A stretch of 55,691 nucleotides of DNA, filler included, from Sphacelaria rigidula (lineage: Eukaryota), in assembly GCA_964200075.2 (NCBI GenBank). It is 6 parts of 6 records of this genome, joined end to end, with 100 filler letters (N's around TTAATTAATTAA, not from the genome) between each part and the next. Parts side by side here need not be neighbours in the genome. Positions count along the whole stretch, not along the records: positions 18,599 to 27,797 come from CAXNAA020009061.1; positions 27,898 to 37,095 come from CAXNAA020009062.1; 4 more parts are not named here. One strand, 5' to 3'. This document shows positions 21,619 to 35,149 of the stretch, piece after piece; position 1 is the stretch's first letter; the number at the start of each line of letters is the position of its first letter. The translations under genes and the position numbers were made by a program. A model generated the notes under the pieces. The model was not told the origin of the DNA. It saw nothing but the letters and a program-made list of their open reading frames with translations, and made no database searches.

Positions 21619-24600
21619 ATGGCGCGAACAGGCTTAATCTCAGCGACCGCACTGCTGGTGCTGATACAGCACCTCGATGCCTTCACCGTAAACCAATTCG
21701 CGGGTGCGGGTTTGCGATCACAGATATCACGAGCAGCACGCTCGAACGCGCCGTCTATGGTGGCAATCTCGCCTGATGCTACGGCGAAGCCGGAAAAGCC
21801 GAAGACGCGCGAGCAGATGCGAAAGGAGGCCCGGCTGGCGCAGGAACGGATCAAGAAGTATGTGACGCCGCCAGAGCAGTACGCGGATATGCCCTTGTCG
21901 ACCCCCTACTCGGAGCATCTTATTGGGGAAGAGATGGTGTCAGACGACGAGTCGGCGAGCAAGCTCGCAGACAAGTGTATCTTGGAGGCAGAGCGGCTGT
22001 TTGCCTCCGATGACGGCTGGACCAAGGTACTCGAGGAAGACGGCATCTTTGTGGAGAGCAAGGACGTACACGGGCCTTACCTCAAGTCTGGCGTGCGCGT
22101 CGTGCGCGGGCTGGGCGCAATCGATGCGGACGCCGACACATTTTACGACTTCCAGGTGTGTATATATTAGTGCGTCCATTCTATCCAGTAGCACGTACCA
22201 ACGACAGATGATCTACGGCTGGGGCAGAGGAGGTTGCGAGCGTGATAGGGGGGCGTACTTTCGTACGAAGTAAGATGGAGCTGCTGTGAATGATATGTAC
22301 ATTGTCGGTAGGAGTGCTTAGCTATGTTGTGTTACACGTGTGCTGTTTCAAAGAGTTGCTTGATAGCTGCGATTGCGATTTCCTCGTATATTCCCTACAG
22401 GCAATGTATTTTGTTCTCGAGGTTGAACACGGTCTGACGTCAACACACATGGGTTGGGTCTCTTACAAGCAAGCGCATGTTTCTTTTGTTCATGTTCAAT
22501 ACACCCCGCTGGGCACCATTTCCAGAGACGATGCGCTGGGCACCGGCAAGATTTCCCCCCTGCTCGCGACGGTCAGCTATCAGCATCTGTGCTGTCGATA
22601 GCATGGATGTGACTCATGACAAACACATGTCGGTGATTTATCTTGCACGCAGTTACTACACAACAGTAGAGTACTATGATATGATGAGATGGAAATACCG
22701 TGGGGTACAGACAGTATACATCCCGAGGATGAGTAGACAAGGAGTCCCTGATATCATATTTGTAGTACAGACACGTTGACTTTTGGTGGGCTTACCGTTG
22801 AATACGGCCGCATATTTTACTCGTTTTTTTTGTAGGCCTGCTGCTTACGCGGAAGCGCTCAACGTGAGCGATGTCAGCTTCGGCAGTACATTTGTCAGCG
22901 TTAATGTTATAAGACGTCATGACTTTGAGAAGTGAACGATTGCTAGCAGCAGTCCGTCAAGGAGCGGTGGCAATCCAGAGCGATACGTTGTCAAGACCGA
23001 AAATATATGTAAAATGCCTATAATTCACTCATCACATTTTCTGTGTGTTGCAACTTTTGACCATACACATATTTTGTCCAGGGTGTGGAAGTTATCCAAG
23101 TATTTACCGCGAATGAGCGTGATCCCAAAACCTTGCCAAAGATTGGTCGTGGGGGCACGACCGATATGGTACAAGATAATGTTTCGAAGAACGTACCGTC
23201 AACGTGCCTGACGACGCATACCTCACCACAACACTACAATACCTGTTGTGTAGCGGTGCAGGGTGGTGGCGGGTGTCGGTTGCGCTCTACCGAACGAGGG
23301 GCACGCGCCGGCCGAGGGAGGTTCTCCCTGACCGGGAGGTTCTCTCCGATACGGGTTCTACATTTTCCCAAGTTCATATTGATTTTTTGCCTGTCGCACT
23401 TTCACGACGTCGTAATCCCTGAGAGATCCCGGCCGTGTTCACATGATGGATGTACCGGAGATGAAACAAGACGCAATCATTCGCTCGGGATGTGCTCCCT
23501 AGTTTCATCGTTGAACATGATGTGTTTTTTCGTCGAACCTCAAGCATACTACAACCCAAACCCCAATGCGAGATACATACAGGGTCCTAGGCAGATGGGG
23601 CGTTGTCAGAGCTCGACTGGCAGCATGTGACGCCTATTTAACGTCAACTTAAGGCCTAGCGTGTGCTGAGCACGCCGAGTATGTGCCGTTGGGACGGTGA
23701 GCCCTGTAAAGATCCTACGGTAGTATGATGGTTCAAAGTAGAACCCAAGAATTGGTTCGGGCAACCGGGTTGAGCAGGGTTTCACTGCGCCCGCCATGCC
23801 TGCAGAAAATGATCTGAAAATCGATTTCAACTGCCCACTGGCTATTGCGATGTCCAGAAGCAGCGGAGTTTCGCCATTTGCACAGAAAAAAAACGGAGAA
23901 GAGGAAATCTCATGGGCCGAAACATGACATTTTTGCGGAAGGAAGTGAAATCGGACGGCTCCAAGCGGAAAGGCGTCGGAGTGAAAATGATGACACGTGC
24001 ACTACAGAACTCGAGAGTGGGTTTGAGAAAAAGAAAAGAAAAGAATTGGATACTGTGCTCCCCGAGCACCGAAAACGAAATGGTGCGGTTTGAGCGTCAA
24101 ACGTACCGAAATGCCCATGTCTGAAGGATCATGTTCGGAGGACGGCGAAGATGTCACCGAGTGTCTAGTACCGTGCATATATCTTCAGAGTTTGCATTCT
24201 ATAGTCATGAGACCATGGGCCTCGCATCCCTACAAAGCCAGGACGGGGCACGCCAGGGGTTCGCCGACCAGGCTCGCGGTCGCAAGAAGAAAAACTTGCT
24301 TCGCGGGTGGATGGGAGGGGGGATACACGCATATTTCCACGAGGACGGGGCGGGACGACGTTGTCATCTGCGCTTGATATTGCTAAGCATGAATCTCCTT
24401 TCACTGCAGTTCGTAGATAATTGTTCGTCTGTGGACATGCCGAACTCGTTCTGAGATGTGTGGTCCATATTCTGGACGGAACGTCCATCACACGTCCCAT
24501 CACGCCCCAGTGATCGACAAGCTATTCCCCGAGCACTCACATTTGTGGGTAAGGTGGACAATTCCCCTTGTCGATGGGCCCCTTTCACTTTTTCGAATAT

Positions 24601-26613
24601 TTTGCTCACAGTCATTTTCAAGCCAGAGATGGATGAGCTTGAAGTATCAGCATGTAGGTGATCAGAATCTTTGATTTCAAAGTCATCGACATCACAGGCC
24701 AACCCATTAAGCATCACCCGGGTTTCCCCCCGCGTCCTCGAAGAGCTTGATACGAGTTAATGGCCACGAACAAACTAGCTTTCACCATAAGAGATGTTGT
24801 GTCCGTGAGATCTGTGAGTAATTGTTTAAATTCGACCTCGAATGCGAACCCAGGGCATATTCCTGGGTCTTGTACGAGCGTTTTTTCATTTTATTTTTTT
24901 GATTGTTGTTAGTTTAAGGGCCGGAAGACGATCAATCGTTTCAAGACTGCACGTCCCTGTCCTGTCGCAGCTCCTATGGGTGGCAATCAACTACGCGAGC
25001 CTTATTTCCCCCGCCTCTGGCTATACTAAAATAAAGAAGCATTGTTCATAGGATGGCTCCCACGTGAGAGGGATTCCCCGCCCTCTCGGAAGCGATCGGT
25101 TGCGCGGCGAAGACAAAACACACCCATGCCGGTCGTTCTTGACTGTGCTGCCCAAAGTGTAATTTCTGACGATGTCCGAAGATTATCACGATCTCACGAA
25201 ATCTCGCGCCTTGATCACAAGTGATGATGACCAATCCTCACCACCCGGAAACAACACTTCAACGTCGGTACAGGTTTCGCGAGAGGGATTCCAAAGCATC
25301 GACGAGTACCTTGAGAACCACCGCAACGTGGACAGGCACAAGTGGGTGACCCAGCCCCACCTGGAGAACATGAAAGACTACGAGCTCATGACTAACCGCG
25401 TGGAGTGGGCTTACCCTACCCAGACGCGAGAGTTCGTTGCTCTCGACATCATCGACCGCAAGAGGAAGATCCTGATTTCCAAGAGCTCGCTCCACCCCGA
25501 CCGCCCGGGAGGCAGCCGGTACCAAACTGCAACGGAATTGGATGAGTCTGAATACGTGCGCGCGGTGCAGTACTACGCGTCTAAGGTGGAGCCTCTGCCC
25601 AACGGACAATGCCTGCTGCGCATGGTGACGTGGGGAGAGATGTGCGACAGTTACACGGCGTTCTGGGTGAACAAGTTTAACGCACACGTGTTCATCACCC
25701 CCAAGTTCCAGCGTTTCAGGTGTGTTTTCATCACGATGTCGTGTGTTACGCCCTCACGCCTTTGGTGTGGAGGTATGCTTTTGATGTGGGAGGGGCGGCG
25801 CCGGAGGGTGTGTACTTGGATTTCATGGGCGACAAGCCTTCATTGGAAACAATCTTGTGAGCCTTGCTCCAACGCCTCATCTCTCCGCCGGTATTTACTG
25901 ACCAGCTTTATTCAGTGTGCAAGCTCAACCCCCAATAGCAACATCCTTGTTCCGTCTGTTCTAATCCCCTGAGTCACTTATAGTGTTCACCCGAAGCAAT
26001 TTTTCGTTGTTGTCGCATTTTTCTAAGTGACAACCAACGGGGTACCTGTGGCGTCTGGTGCCAAAGTGACGGGTGTTTCGGCGTGTGTGGCGAGGACGGT
26101 TGGCTTTTGGCCAGTGTTTGTTTGTGTGTGCTTGCGCTATTATATTTCATCACCGTATGTAAAAGAAGAAAAGATCCCCGAATGTGTACATTGGAACATT
26201 CCTGCAGCTCATCAACAGGACGCAACAGCCTTCCATGCTCTGCTTTGATGGTGGTTTCTGGACAAAATAATCTGAGTGAGATGGGAAAATGGCGGGAGTA
26301 GAGGGGAGGGTATGGTGCTAGAAATGAGAGATACGGCACCCCTTGCGTGCATGCATGAACGCGCGTTTTCTCCTCTGCTTTTGCGTATGTGTGGACGGCT
26401 CTTTTTTCCCTCAGGCGTGTGATGGGCGGGGAGAAGGTGTTCGAGCTCAGCAACATTGTCAACGAGGCGTGGAAATTACCCAAGCTCCTCATGATCAAGC
26501 CTGACCACGCCGTGGCTAAGGGATCGAACTTCGTCGACAACTTGCGCAACCAGGGCATCGACGCTGCCGCCGCCAAGAAGGCGGCGAAGCAGGCCGAGAA
26601 GCAGGATGCGTAA
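21619..26613 (+). CDS. START/SRPBCC-like lipid-binding domain protein with bipartite plastid-targeting peptide (complete, 393 aa)
   Basis: Exons 21619-22155, 25274-25719 and 26415-26613 splice in frame (1182 nt). Signal peptide + DAF motif. START-type motifs DGWTKVLEEDGIFV, PTQTREFV, HPDRP..YVRA, VEPLPNGQCLL. Confidence 0.88.
24205..24280 (-). repeat. Fragment of the 47265-48940 repeat family in the START gene intron
   Basis: CGCATCCCTACAAAGCC.GGACGG.GCACGCC.GGG is the reverse complement of the unit core. Confidence 0.7.
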
Positions 26614-27797
26614 AAAACATCAAGTCTCAATGATTTCTCGCCGAAATTATCTGGGCTTGATCATTCTCGCCTACTTGACACGTGAACGGTACCCGGCGGT
26701 AATGGTAGGGGTGCTGCCCTGCACAAGCTCCACGACGTTGACTTTTATCAACGTTCTTCGTCACGAGACTGTGATTTGAACCCTGGTTCGTTCCTCCATC
26801 TTTTATCTGCCCCTTGTCCTGTAGGGGGTACTGCGGTGCCTGTTGTGTGCATCCGATCCACCAGCCTGAGCAACGTCCCGGCGGCGTGCGTGCGCTCGTT
26901 GTTGCATTGCTCCTCTTTAGTTGAAGAAGGTCATTGGGGCGGCATGGATGACGAATCACAACCTGAAAATCTGGATGCTTTTTTTCTTGTTCCTCGCCTG
27001 TTGTTAATCTGGTGGGTTTGCAATAATTGTTGGAGTGTTTACTCTCAACCCACCACCCCCCTAGGATCTCAACTTCATCCACTTGTTGTAACGGTTGCAT
27101 CTAGACGTTTTGTCATCGTTTTTATTATACCCTCGTGAAATGAAGAGGGTTGGTTGCTGTGGGTTGGAGGTGAAGGTTTCTAGATTCGTGCTTGACTTGG
27201 GGGGCGATGGTGTGTCAACGTGAGAGATGCCAGCCTGCAGTGCTGGTCCCGACAGACATGCAATAAGTGTAAATTGGCAGGGATGGTTGGGATTTTTTTC
27301 AAACGGGGACCGATGGTACCCGTGGTTTTCAAAAATAAATTGAGCGATTTTGAGAAGAATATGTGAAGCGTTCGTGTTCCTTGAGCTTGCTTGGGCTAGC
27401 ATTGTGGGTATTCAATATTCTTCATTTTCTCAAACGTGATGGAATGTGCTCTGCTGAAAAAAAAATCCATTCTCATCTGACTGGAGGATTAGTGAGTACC
27501 ATTGCTGCAGGGCACGGTTCCTCCCGTCTGGCCCCGTTCCTGTCACGTGCGTTTTTTTTTCTCGTCTCCTTCAACCGTCGACAACGGCCCCAACTCACAA
27601 TGTCCAACATCGCCCCCCCCCCATGGCCAACTTGGCTTGTTGGGAATTGCCCTGTTTCAAGTGACAGCACGCGGACGTCAGAATATTGTATGAAATCTAG
27701 GCCAGCAGGAACCCCTCACGAAAATCAAGTCAAGTCGAGTGTGTGTATGTCGTCGCTGATCCGTTTGCAAAGTGACGCCGCGATAGCCCCCCCCCCC

Positions 27798-27897
27798 NNN
27801 NNNNNNNNNNNNNNNNNNNNNNNNNNNNNNNNNNNNNNNNNTTAATTAATTAANNNNNNNNNNNNNNNNNNNNNNNNNNNNNNNNNNNNNNNNNNNN
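27798..27897. other. Artificial contig linker
   Basis: N44-TTAATTAATTAA-N44. Confidence 0.98.
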
Positions 27898-27913
27898 GGG
27901 GGGGGGGGGGGGG

Positions 27914-28185
27914 TGTACTCATTTGCTGCTTGCCTCAGTCGTTTGACCATTGACCACGCATCCCTTTCGAAGCGGAGCACCGTTCCTACTCCTAATAGAG
28001 ACACCTCCAACATTCCGGTGCTCATTACGTTTCTTCCATACATTGCACAAAAACATTCTACATATTTTATCCCCGTCCTGTTTCGCCGTCTATGGCCACC
28101 ATCTATCTCCCAGTATAGCAATCGTTCTCTCCATATCGTCTAACGCATCAAACGATTTCACGCCAGCTTGTGAGTGTTTTACTGC
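27914..28185 (-). mobile_element. 3' end of a non-LTR retrotransposon (LINE), 5'-truncated
   Basis: Reads VKSFDALDDMERTIAILGDRWWP*TAKQDGDKICRMFLCNVWKKRN..GCVVNGQTTEASSK* then a homopolymer. The same terminus recurs at 55547-55691. Confidence 0.7.
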
Positions 28186-28241
28186 CATCACATCGGATGC
28201 TTGCTTGCTCCGCAGTGTGAAATATGATAATGACAACTTAC

Positions 28242-31200
28242 AACGTTAGTGGCCATCTCCATCTGGATGATGTGCGTCACTGAAGGAACGTCGATGCCCC
28301 TGAAAACAATCGGAGTACCAGCACAAGGCAGCAGCCAAATAACCGCGACGGCAGGCATACACGCGCGCGCGCATACACACCGAGAAACGAACACACAAAA
28401 AAAGGCACAGGTGAAGGGGAAAGGAGGAAGATCCTGAGCAAGTGGAACTGGACTGATACATAATGCCACCACTTCATTTCATTCACCGATAGGACGCATC
28501 AGAGTTCACACGAGTTGACTCCCCATGAAATGGCAGGATCATACCTGTAAAAATTGTTGGTCCCGCTGAGTCAAGAGTGGATGACACATATGCAGTGCAG
28601 GCATCTTGCGCGCATTACAGATGGGAGAAAAGTACACGTGATTCAGGGCCCATGAAATGACACCATTCAACCTCATGAAGTTGTTGTCCCTACATTAACC
28701 CGGAGGTGGGAAAAATATGCGGGTGCTCACCTCGAACGGCTCGGTCGAGCAAGGTGTACGTGACGTTCCCATCTCATGATGGTAAGAAGTGTGTGGCATG
28801 TACAATCGATTCATCCAAATTGCAGTGCGGGGGATGAATATGTACCCATTATTTACCCCGTGTTCACGGAAGGTAGGAAACAGGTACCTTTGACATGTAC
28901 TGTACGACTCACGAGCTGAGAAGCTGTATAAATTCCAAGTCATGTACGAATAGTATGATTCATTCGTTGGAATGATGAACATGAGTTGGATCACGATTAT
29001 ATTCGTCCTAACCGTGATTTCATTGTTCATTCTGTAGTCATCATCGACACAGCACCAAGGTAAACAGCCACCACCACCACAACAGCAACGGCAACGACAA
29101 TAACAATAACAATAACCAAATAAAAAACATGACAATACGACAAAAATGACATGAAAAAAATGACAAAATAAAAATGACAAAAAAAAGTGAAAGCACAAGA
29201 AATAACGTAACGACGAAAACGAAAAACTGACGAAAGAATAAACATGGAACGTGTGTAAGCACGTATATCAAACAGACGAACAAACAAACAAAACTAGAGG
29301 AAAGACGAGGAGGGACGGTGATGATGAATGAGACGCGAGGAGATGGAAAATCCCTGCCGTAACCTTGAGTCACGTCATCCCACAATTCCAAGCCATGCTC
29401 TGAAATATCTCGGCACTACGACCACACCAAAACGAGACAAATAGATAAAAAAGACGAGCATACAAATAAAAGAAATGGGGATCATCGATACAAGAAGCGC
29501 TGAGCAGAAAAATATGACCAGCACATCCTACTGCACACAATCAATACCTTACTCGTCTACAGCTACCGTTCACCCCGCGGGCCACATGTACGCAATGGTG
29601 GATAAAGACACGGTAGCATGCGTAGTACTCCCGCCCCTCCCCGCCGCCTGTTTTTGGCCAGTTTTGGGACTTCTGAAGAATGACGCATGACAGACCTGAT
29701 ACGAGCCCCCCTTTGCTTGCTTTCCTATTTCTCACCCCGCGGTATTTGCCATTGTAATCTCTTCTGCAGTGTGTGGAATTTTTCGGGCTATGAAAACTGG
29801 GAAACCTGATACGAGTGGAGTACCCTTGCTATCATCTGTCACTCCTACCCTCACCTCGCGGCCAGATCGGTGCACACTAATATCTTGGCCCTGCCGCTCC
29901 TGAGGGCCTGTAGGTTCTGCATGCGCTCGAGCGGCACGATGTCCTTATGATAGGGCACTACCTCGAATCCCTCCTCCTCCAGCGCATCGCACGCACGCTT
30001 CAAAAACATAAAATATAAACATTCAGGCAGGCAGCATGCATGCAAAACAGGGATGTAGGGAAGAAAAAATGCAAGAAAAACGAGCAAAAACACACCCACG
30101 CAAAACAAACAGCTGAACCGCTGAACACCCGGTACCCGCAAAAACAAAAACGCGGGGTGCGATACATGATATCGTATCGAGATGCCGCGCATTTGGGGGG
30201 GGGTATCGATGTGATATACCCCGAATATATCGGGGTAGATATATCGATATTTGGGATATGATATCCATCACTAATGTGAGCGCGGTAATGGCGAGGGCGT
30301 GCTGATGATAGCCATGATCCAATCCTCGACAACGAAATGTCGGGAAGGTACCGCATCGGGGGGGGGGGGGAGAGATGGGTTGCCCGATTCCTTGAGACCT
30401 ACAAGCTCGTCCCGAGGACTGGGAACGGAGGTCAAAAATGATGGCGACAAAAACAAAAATGATAGTCCGTCCATAATGTGCAATACAGCAAGCAACGCAC
30501 CTGACAGGAGGCGGCCGTGTTGGCGAACAGCATGGTCCTCGTCATATCCGCTCCGCTCTCTGCCAGCCATCGACAAACGGCAATTTCAAACATTATCATC
30601 ACAGCGATGGCAACAAAATGGGAGCGAAGTACAGGCTGGTTCACGCTCATCACCCAAATTTGTGTCATCAGCAAATGTTTTTCGCAATACCTACCCAATA
30701 ATCGCATGCATGATATCGTACTGACCGCCATGGACAGCTGTAGAGCGTGACATAGCCGAATCTGTGTGTAAGGCCATAGTGGTAGCGCTGAGGGCGAACA
30801 GGTATATCGACCAATCAGCGTCCGTCAAGTTCTTCCGAGATCGAAATTTCGAATTCCAAGCCCAACTTTCACCCAATCTCCATGTGTTTCAAATCGTAGT
30901 GACCGCCTTCGGCTCAGGAATCTAACGGAAAAAAAATACAATTTGAAAACGGTTAGGGCCCTTCTTAACCAAGGGGATAATCTCCTTTTTCCAAATCCCC
31001 TTTCGGAAAAACGACCGCTGATTGGTCGCTGCGATACCACCCTCCGAAAAAAATCCTCTCAACGTGCACAGAAATCCCCTTTTGGAAAGGGGTTTTATGT
31101 GCACCTCAAGGGGGAACATACATGTCCCGTTGACAGGGACACATGCAAAGACTTACCACACAATCCAACACAATCAAAGCTGAACCTGAGGAACTTGGTG

Positions 31201-33849
31201 GCCCCGCAAACCAAGAACACACTGCTCGAGCCCTAGCTGATCATCAGCTGTGCACGTTGTGCGNNNNNNNNNNCTGTGTAGAACCCATTGAGAAATGATG
31301 AATTGTGTGAGACGCGCGCACTGCACACGCTTACAAAACGGTCAGCAACGACACGTTTTCGGTTGTTTTTGACACGCACGCGGCCGCCATTCGTCCAATA
31401 CAGAACGGATTTCCGTAAAACATAGACTGCCGTGTCAATTTTAGCAAGGCCTACCACTGAAACTAGTGCGCGTGAGTGGTGCGTGTCTGTGCGTGTTTTT
31501 TCAGGGCTGGGGCTGGGTGTGTAGGTGTTGTGTTGCCTTGTTGCTTCTTGCCTGCGGCATTACACAGACCTTGAACCTGCTTGGACTAACGACAACTTCT
31601 AGACCCGCCGCATGTCTCAACCTGCGTGCAGATCTGGGTTCCAATCTGTACAAGACTGCTTGTCAATAGGACTCGGGACTGGTCGTTATGGGGCCAATCC
31701 CCTGTCAAAAGGGAATTGTGAAAAAGGGGATAATCCCCTTCATTAAAAAGGGCCCGTACTACGGGGGTCGGATAATACCCGAAAACGTGATGTTTCGGCG
31801 ATGTCGGGTGTTGGCGTCGTCTAATTTCCACCTATGATACGCACGAAAGACCCAGGGAGCCTCGTGACGGTTTCCCCTATATATGTCGTAGAAAAGCTCA
31901 GATCGCCGTCAAACTTGGCAGTTCCGTAGGTATTGATAATCTAGACGGAAACATTGTATTCTTCACAACATTTCAAACCCTCTCCGTTCTCTGCCTGCTT
32001 CCGGGTATCTCAGTGTGAAGACCCCCGGAAGCCAGTACAGGATACATCGAAAGAATAAAAATAAGAATGATACAGTCCAAGGGACATATGTACAAAGTTT
32101 GGTCGAGGAAGACGGAAACTTCATACAGCTTTCCTTGCCGTTACGTTAAATTCGCCCCGACAGACGTTTTATTCTAGAACCAAGTAGTTAGGAGTTGCAC
32201 GTGTTAAGCTCACGTGATTGCACAAATGCGCGAAACTTGACGCCGTTTTTAGAAGTTAAACTCTGAAACTTTGCGCAAATACGCTACGGCTCCTTAAGCA
32301 ACTATCGGTGGACGAGGTTTTTTATTCTTCGACTATTTTACCGTTTTTCGGGGGTCCGACGGGATCCAAGTTTCCCCAAGAAATCTGGGACCCCCGGAAA
32401 CGGTAAAAAGAAAATTAGGGTATGAAAACCTCGACCTTCGAAAGTTGCGTAGTGATCCATAGCCAACTTCTGCAAAATTTCAGGATTCAACTCCTAGAAA
32501 CGGCGTGAAGTTTTGCGGATGAATGTTTTTAGGTTGACAAGCGTGAACCAGCCTGTAGTGTCTATTTGTCCTCTGCCTTTTTTCATTTCTGTCTCCGCTT
32601 TTCTTGAGGTTTCTTCAACGGCGTCTGTTTCAATCAAAATGGCAGTACCTTCCTTCCGATACCTACAGTACGTCCATCCTGTGAGTGGCTAGACTACGGC
32701 TGGGTTCGTAGCGGAGCCGCTGATAGTAATGTGCGAAAATGGATAAGATCAAATCGAATCAAATCACATCAAATCAAATCAAATCAAATCAAATCAAACT
32801 AAGTAAATAAAATGAATAAAATCAGTCAAACTAATCGAACCAATCGAACCAATCGAACCAATCGAACCAATCAAATCAATCAAATCAAACGAATCAAATC
32901 AATCAAATCAATCAAATCCATCACAGAAATCGAACAAACCAAGCCTTATCATATCACATCACATCAAATCAAATCAAATCATTCCGGGAGCCTCTAGCCT
33001 TAAGATGCCGTTGCATGAAACAACTTCAAGTTCGGTTGATCTTATCTCTCATCCGCCTGGTTCCCGCATCTTCATACGATAAACTCGAGTCTTGATCGAC
33101 TTATTCTATTGCAGCTTCCATCCGATAGATTCTGTAATAGCCACCCAGGCCGAATTTTCCCTCCCTCACCTCTGAGCAGGTCTATCACAGCGTTAATTTT
33201 TTCGTAAACCTTCTCTCCGATCTCGATAAACTCCTAGACAAACGAAAAAAAGGGAAAGAGGGTCAAAACCGAGACAAAAAAGGGAGGAAAAGCGCGCAAA
33301 CTTATTGACACAGCAAAATCCATTCCGACGCGGGCATGAAATCAAGTTGCCTAGTTTGAACAAAACCATGAAACTACGCGAAAAAAACGCAGGCCAGCAT
33401 GCAGAAGAATCGTAGAAAACATAAAGCTAATTTGATATGAAATAAATCAGATCACACGAATAGTCGGAAGTCTGCGCAACTTAGGCGTGAGGGTGCCGCG
33501 GACGCGAGAAAACATGGCTTACGCACGAAACGCGGAGCAGCCTACTGTATGTGCAAAAGAGAGGTCCACAGCGGCAGGCAAGGAACAAGCTGCGGTACTG
33601 TGGCACAGAACACCACTGGCGCATGTCATGCTGCAAAACCTTCAACGCTACTAGTACTGCTGCTGCTGCTGCTGCAGCAGCAGCTTTTGTTCAAATCATA
33701 TCAAACAAGGAAAAATCTTGCCTGCTGTATGGCCGGGTGGTGCTTGTGCATCAAATCCCGCTCTATTTTGCGCGCATCCGGGAATGCTCGCTTGATGTAC
33801 TGGTCCACGGACTTCAACCCGTAGGTGGGAAGTGTAGCCGCCGCCAGCA
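28242..33849 (-). CDS. DEAD-box RNA helicase (plant RH22-like motif variants), internal exons
   Basis: Exons 33849-33722, 33233-33170, 30559-30501, 29997-29855 and 28299-28242 join in frame: VLAAATLP (motif III), TMLFANT (IV), YHKD..ER, LVCTDLAAR|GIDVPSVTHIIQ (V). Motifs I/II and VI not found in the contig. Confidence 0.9.
28484..29016 (+). mobile_element. ~530-bp non-autonomous element with CACGGTTAGGACGAAT-type TIRs (CMC/Chapaev-like ends)
   Basis: CACCGATAGGACGCATC..ATTCGTCCTAACCGTG; ATT on both flanks; colinear with 39962-40502. Confidence 0.8.
32210..32546. repeat. Long imperfect palindrome (foldback/MITE-like)
   Basis: Arms pair throughout, e.g. AAACTTGACGCCGTTTTTAG / CTAGAAACGGCGTGAAGTTT and TTTTACCGTTTTTCGGGGGTCC / GGACCCCCGGAAACGGTAAAA. 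Confidence 0.8.
32748..32980. repeat. (AAATC)n / AATCGAACC microsatellite
   Basis: Direct inspection. Confidence 0.95.
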
Positions 33850-35046
33850 CTGTGGAAGATGACACGCACACATGAGCCAAGTTGTGCGGGATGAGTACCA
33901 TTTCTCTCTCTCCACACACACCCGACAAGAGTATCATCGTGCGAGTAAATGGGGGCACTTCTCAGTTGAATCACGCAGGTAATGCTTGCCCAGGTTTATC
34001 TATGCCCAAAGCTCGCAACAGCAGAACGGCGCATGCAATGCGCCAAGTGGACCAGGGGTTTTATAATAGTGGGCTCATCTCCCACACTACCTTGAGAAGA
34101 GCTTTCCGAGTGCTCGAGACGCCTACCCCACATGACAGCTCCGAGGCGGTGTAGCCGAGCCTCCGGGGAATCGGCGCACGAACCCACCCGCGGGGTAAGT
34201 GTTGGGTGAGTTTGCCTCCTTCCTTTAAGGAAAAAAAAGGGCGGGGGCTCATCTGACAGTGACGCTGTTCCTCCTTTGGTCGCTGACGGAAACCGAACGG
34301 TATATATGTGTTACTGTACTTAGAGGCATTATTAACGGGACTTGTTTTTTCAGACAAAGTCTCAAACATTTTCGGACAATTTCTACATATTTTCGCGATA
34401 AATGGGAAAGCAGGTTTCTTGTCCGGGTCAGGCAATAGATGAATTGAAGACTGATTACAGCTTGCCCCGAAGATCCAGCGTCAGATTTTACTTCCAGAAT
34501 TTCTTCGTCGAGAAGTCGGCAGAAAAAAGTCCGATTTCCTCCAAAAAAACAATAAAAAGTTGGGAAAAAAAAAAAAAAAACTCGTCAACAACAACCCCTT
34601 GCAAAAAAAAAAAGAAAAACAATCTATCTCAAATATTAATTTTTTTTCTATCACTTTNNNNNNNNNNCTTCAACAAAAAAGCGAAAAAAAAAAGTACAAA
34701 TACATCAAAAAAAAAAAAAAAAAAATAGAAAAAAAAAAAAAAAAACTCGTCAACAACAACCCCTTGCAAAACAGGGTAGGGTTACTTGCTTGCTAAAACG
34801 AAGCGATGTTCTTCATCTGTTTCTAACAAGTCCCGTAGAAAATAAAAATGTACAACATCATTCCAGTTACTGTATTCTTTCCGAGCAAAGCCTTTGTTTT
34901 CTTCTTTTGTCAACAGAACGCAGTAGAAAGTGCAACTTTTCTATTTCCGTGTCCACTTGTTGGAGGGAAGACGTTGCACACTTTTCATGCGAGGGAGGCT
35001 TTCGTAATATTAATGAGGAAATCGGTCCGTTGAGAGCGGTCCTTAA

Positions 35047-35149
35047 CCCCTCTCGATCGCGATAGTACATCATCTGCGCGATGCATTCACTTTTCAAGCT
35101 AATTTTCATGCCGATTCCACGTATATGACCTGTGCTGGCAGTCAAAGCG
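35047..35149 (-). mobile_element. piggyBac-type ~100-bp MITE, diverged copy
   Basis: TTAA on both flanks; interior is the reverse complement of 51788-51887 (ATGCCGATTC, TGACCT, GTCAAAG). Confidence 0.65.

Noticed and set aside
24364-24717. 117-aa antisense ORF in the START gene intron
   Set aside because: No recognisable motif or splice context.
34540-34775. Duplicated CTCGTCAACAACAACCCCTTGC with poly-A around an N gap
   Set aside because: Looks like a low-quality gap-edge assembly artefact.
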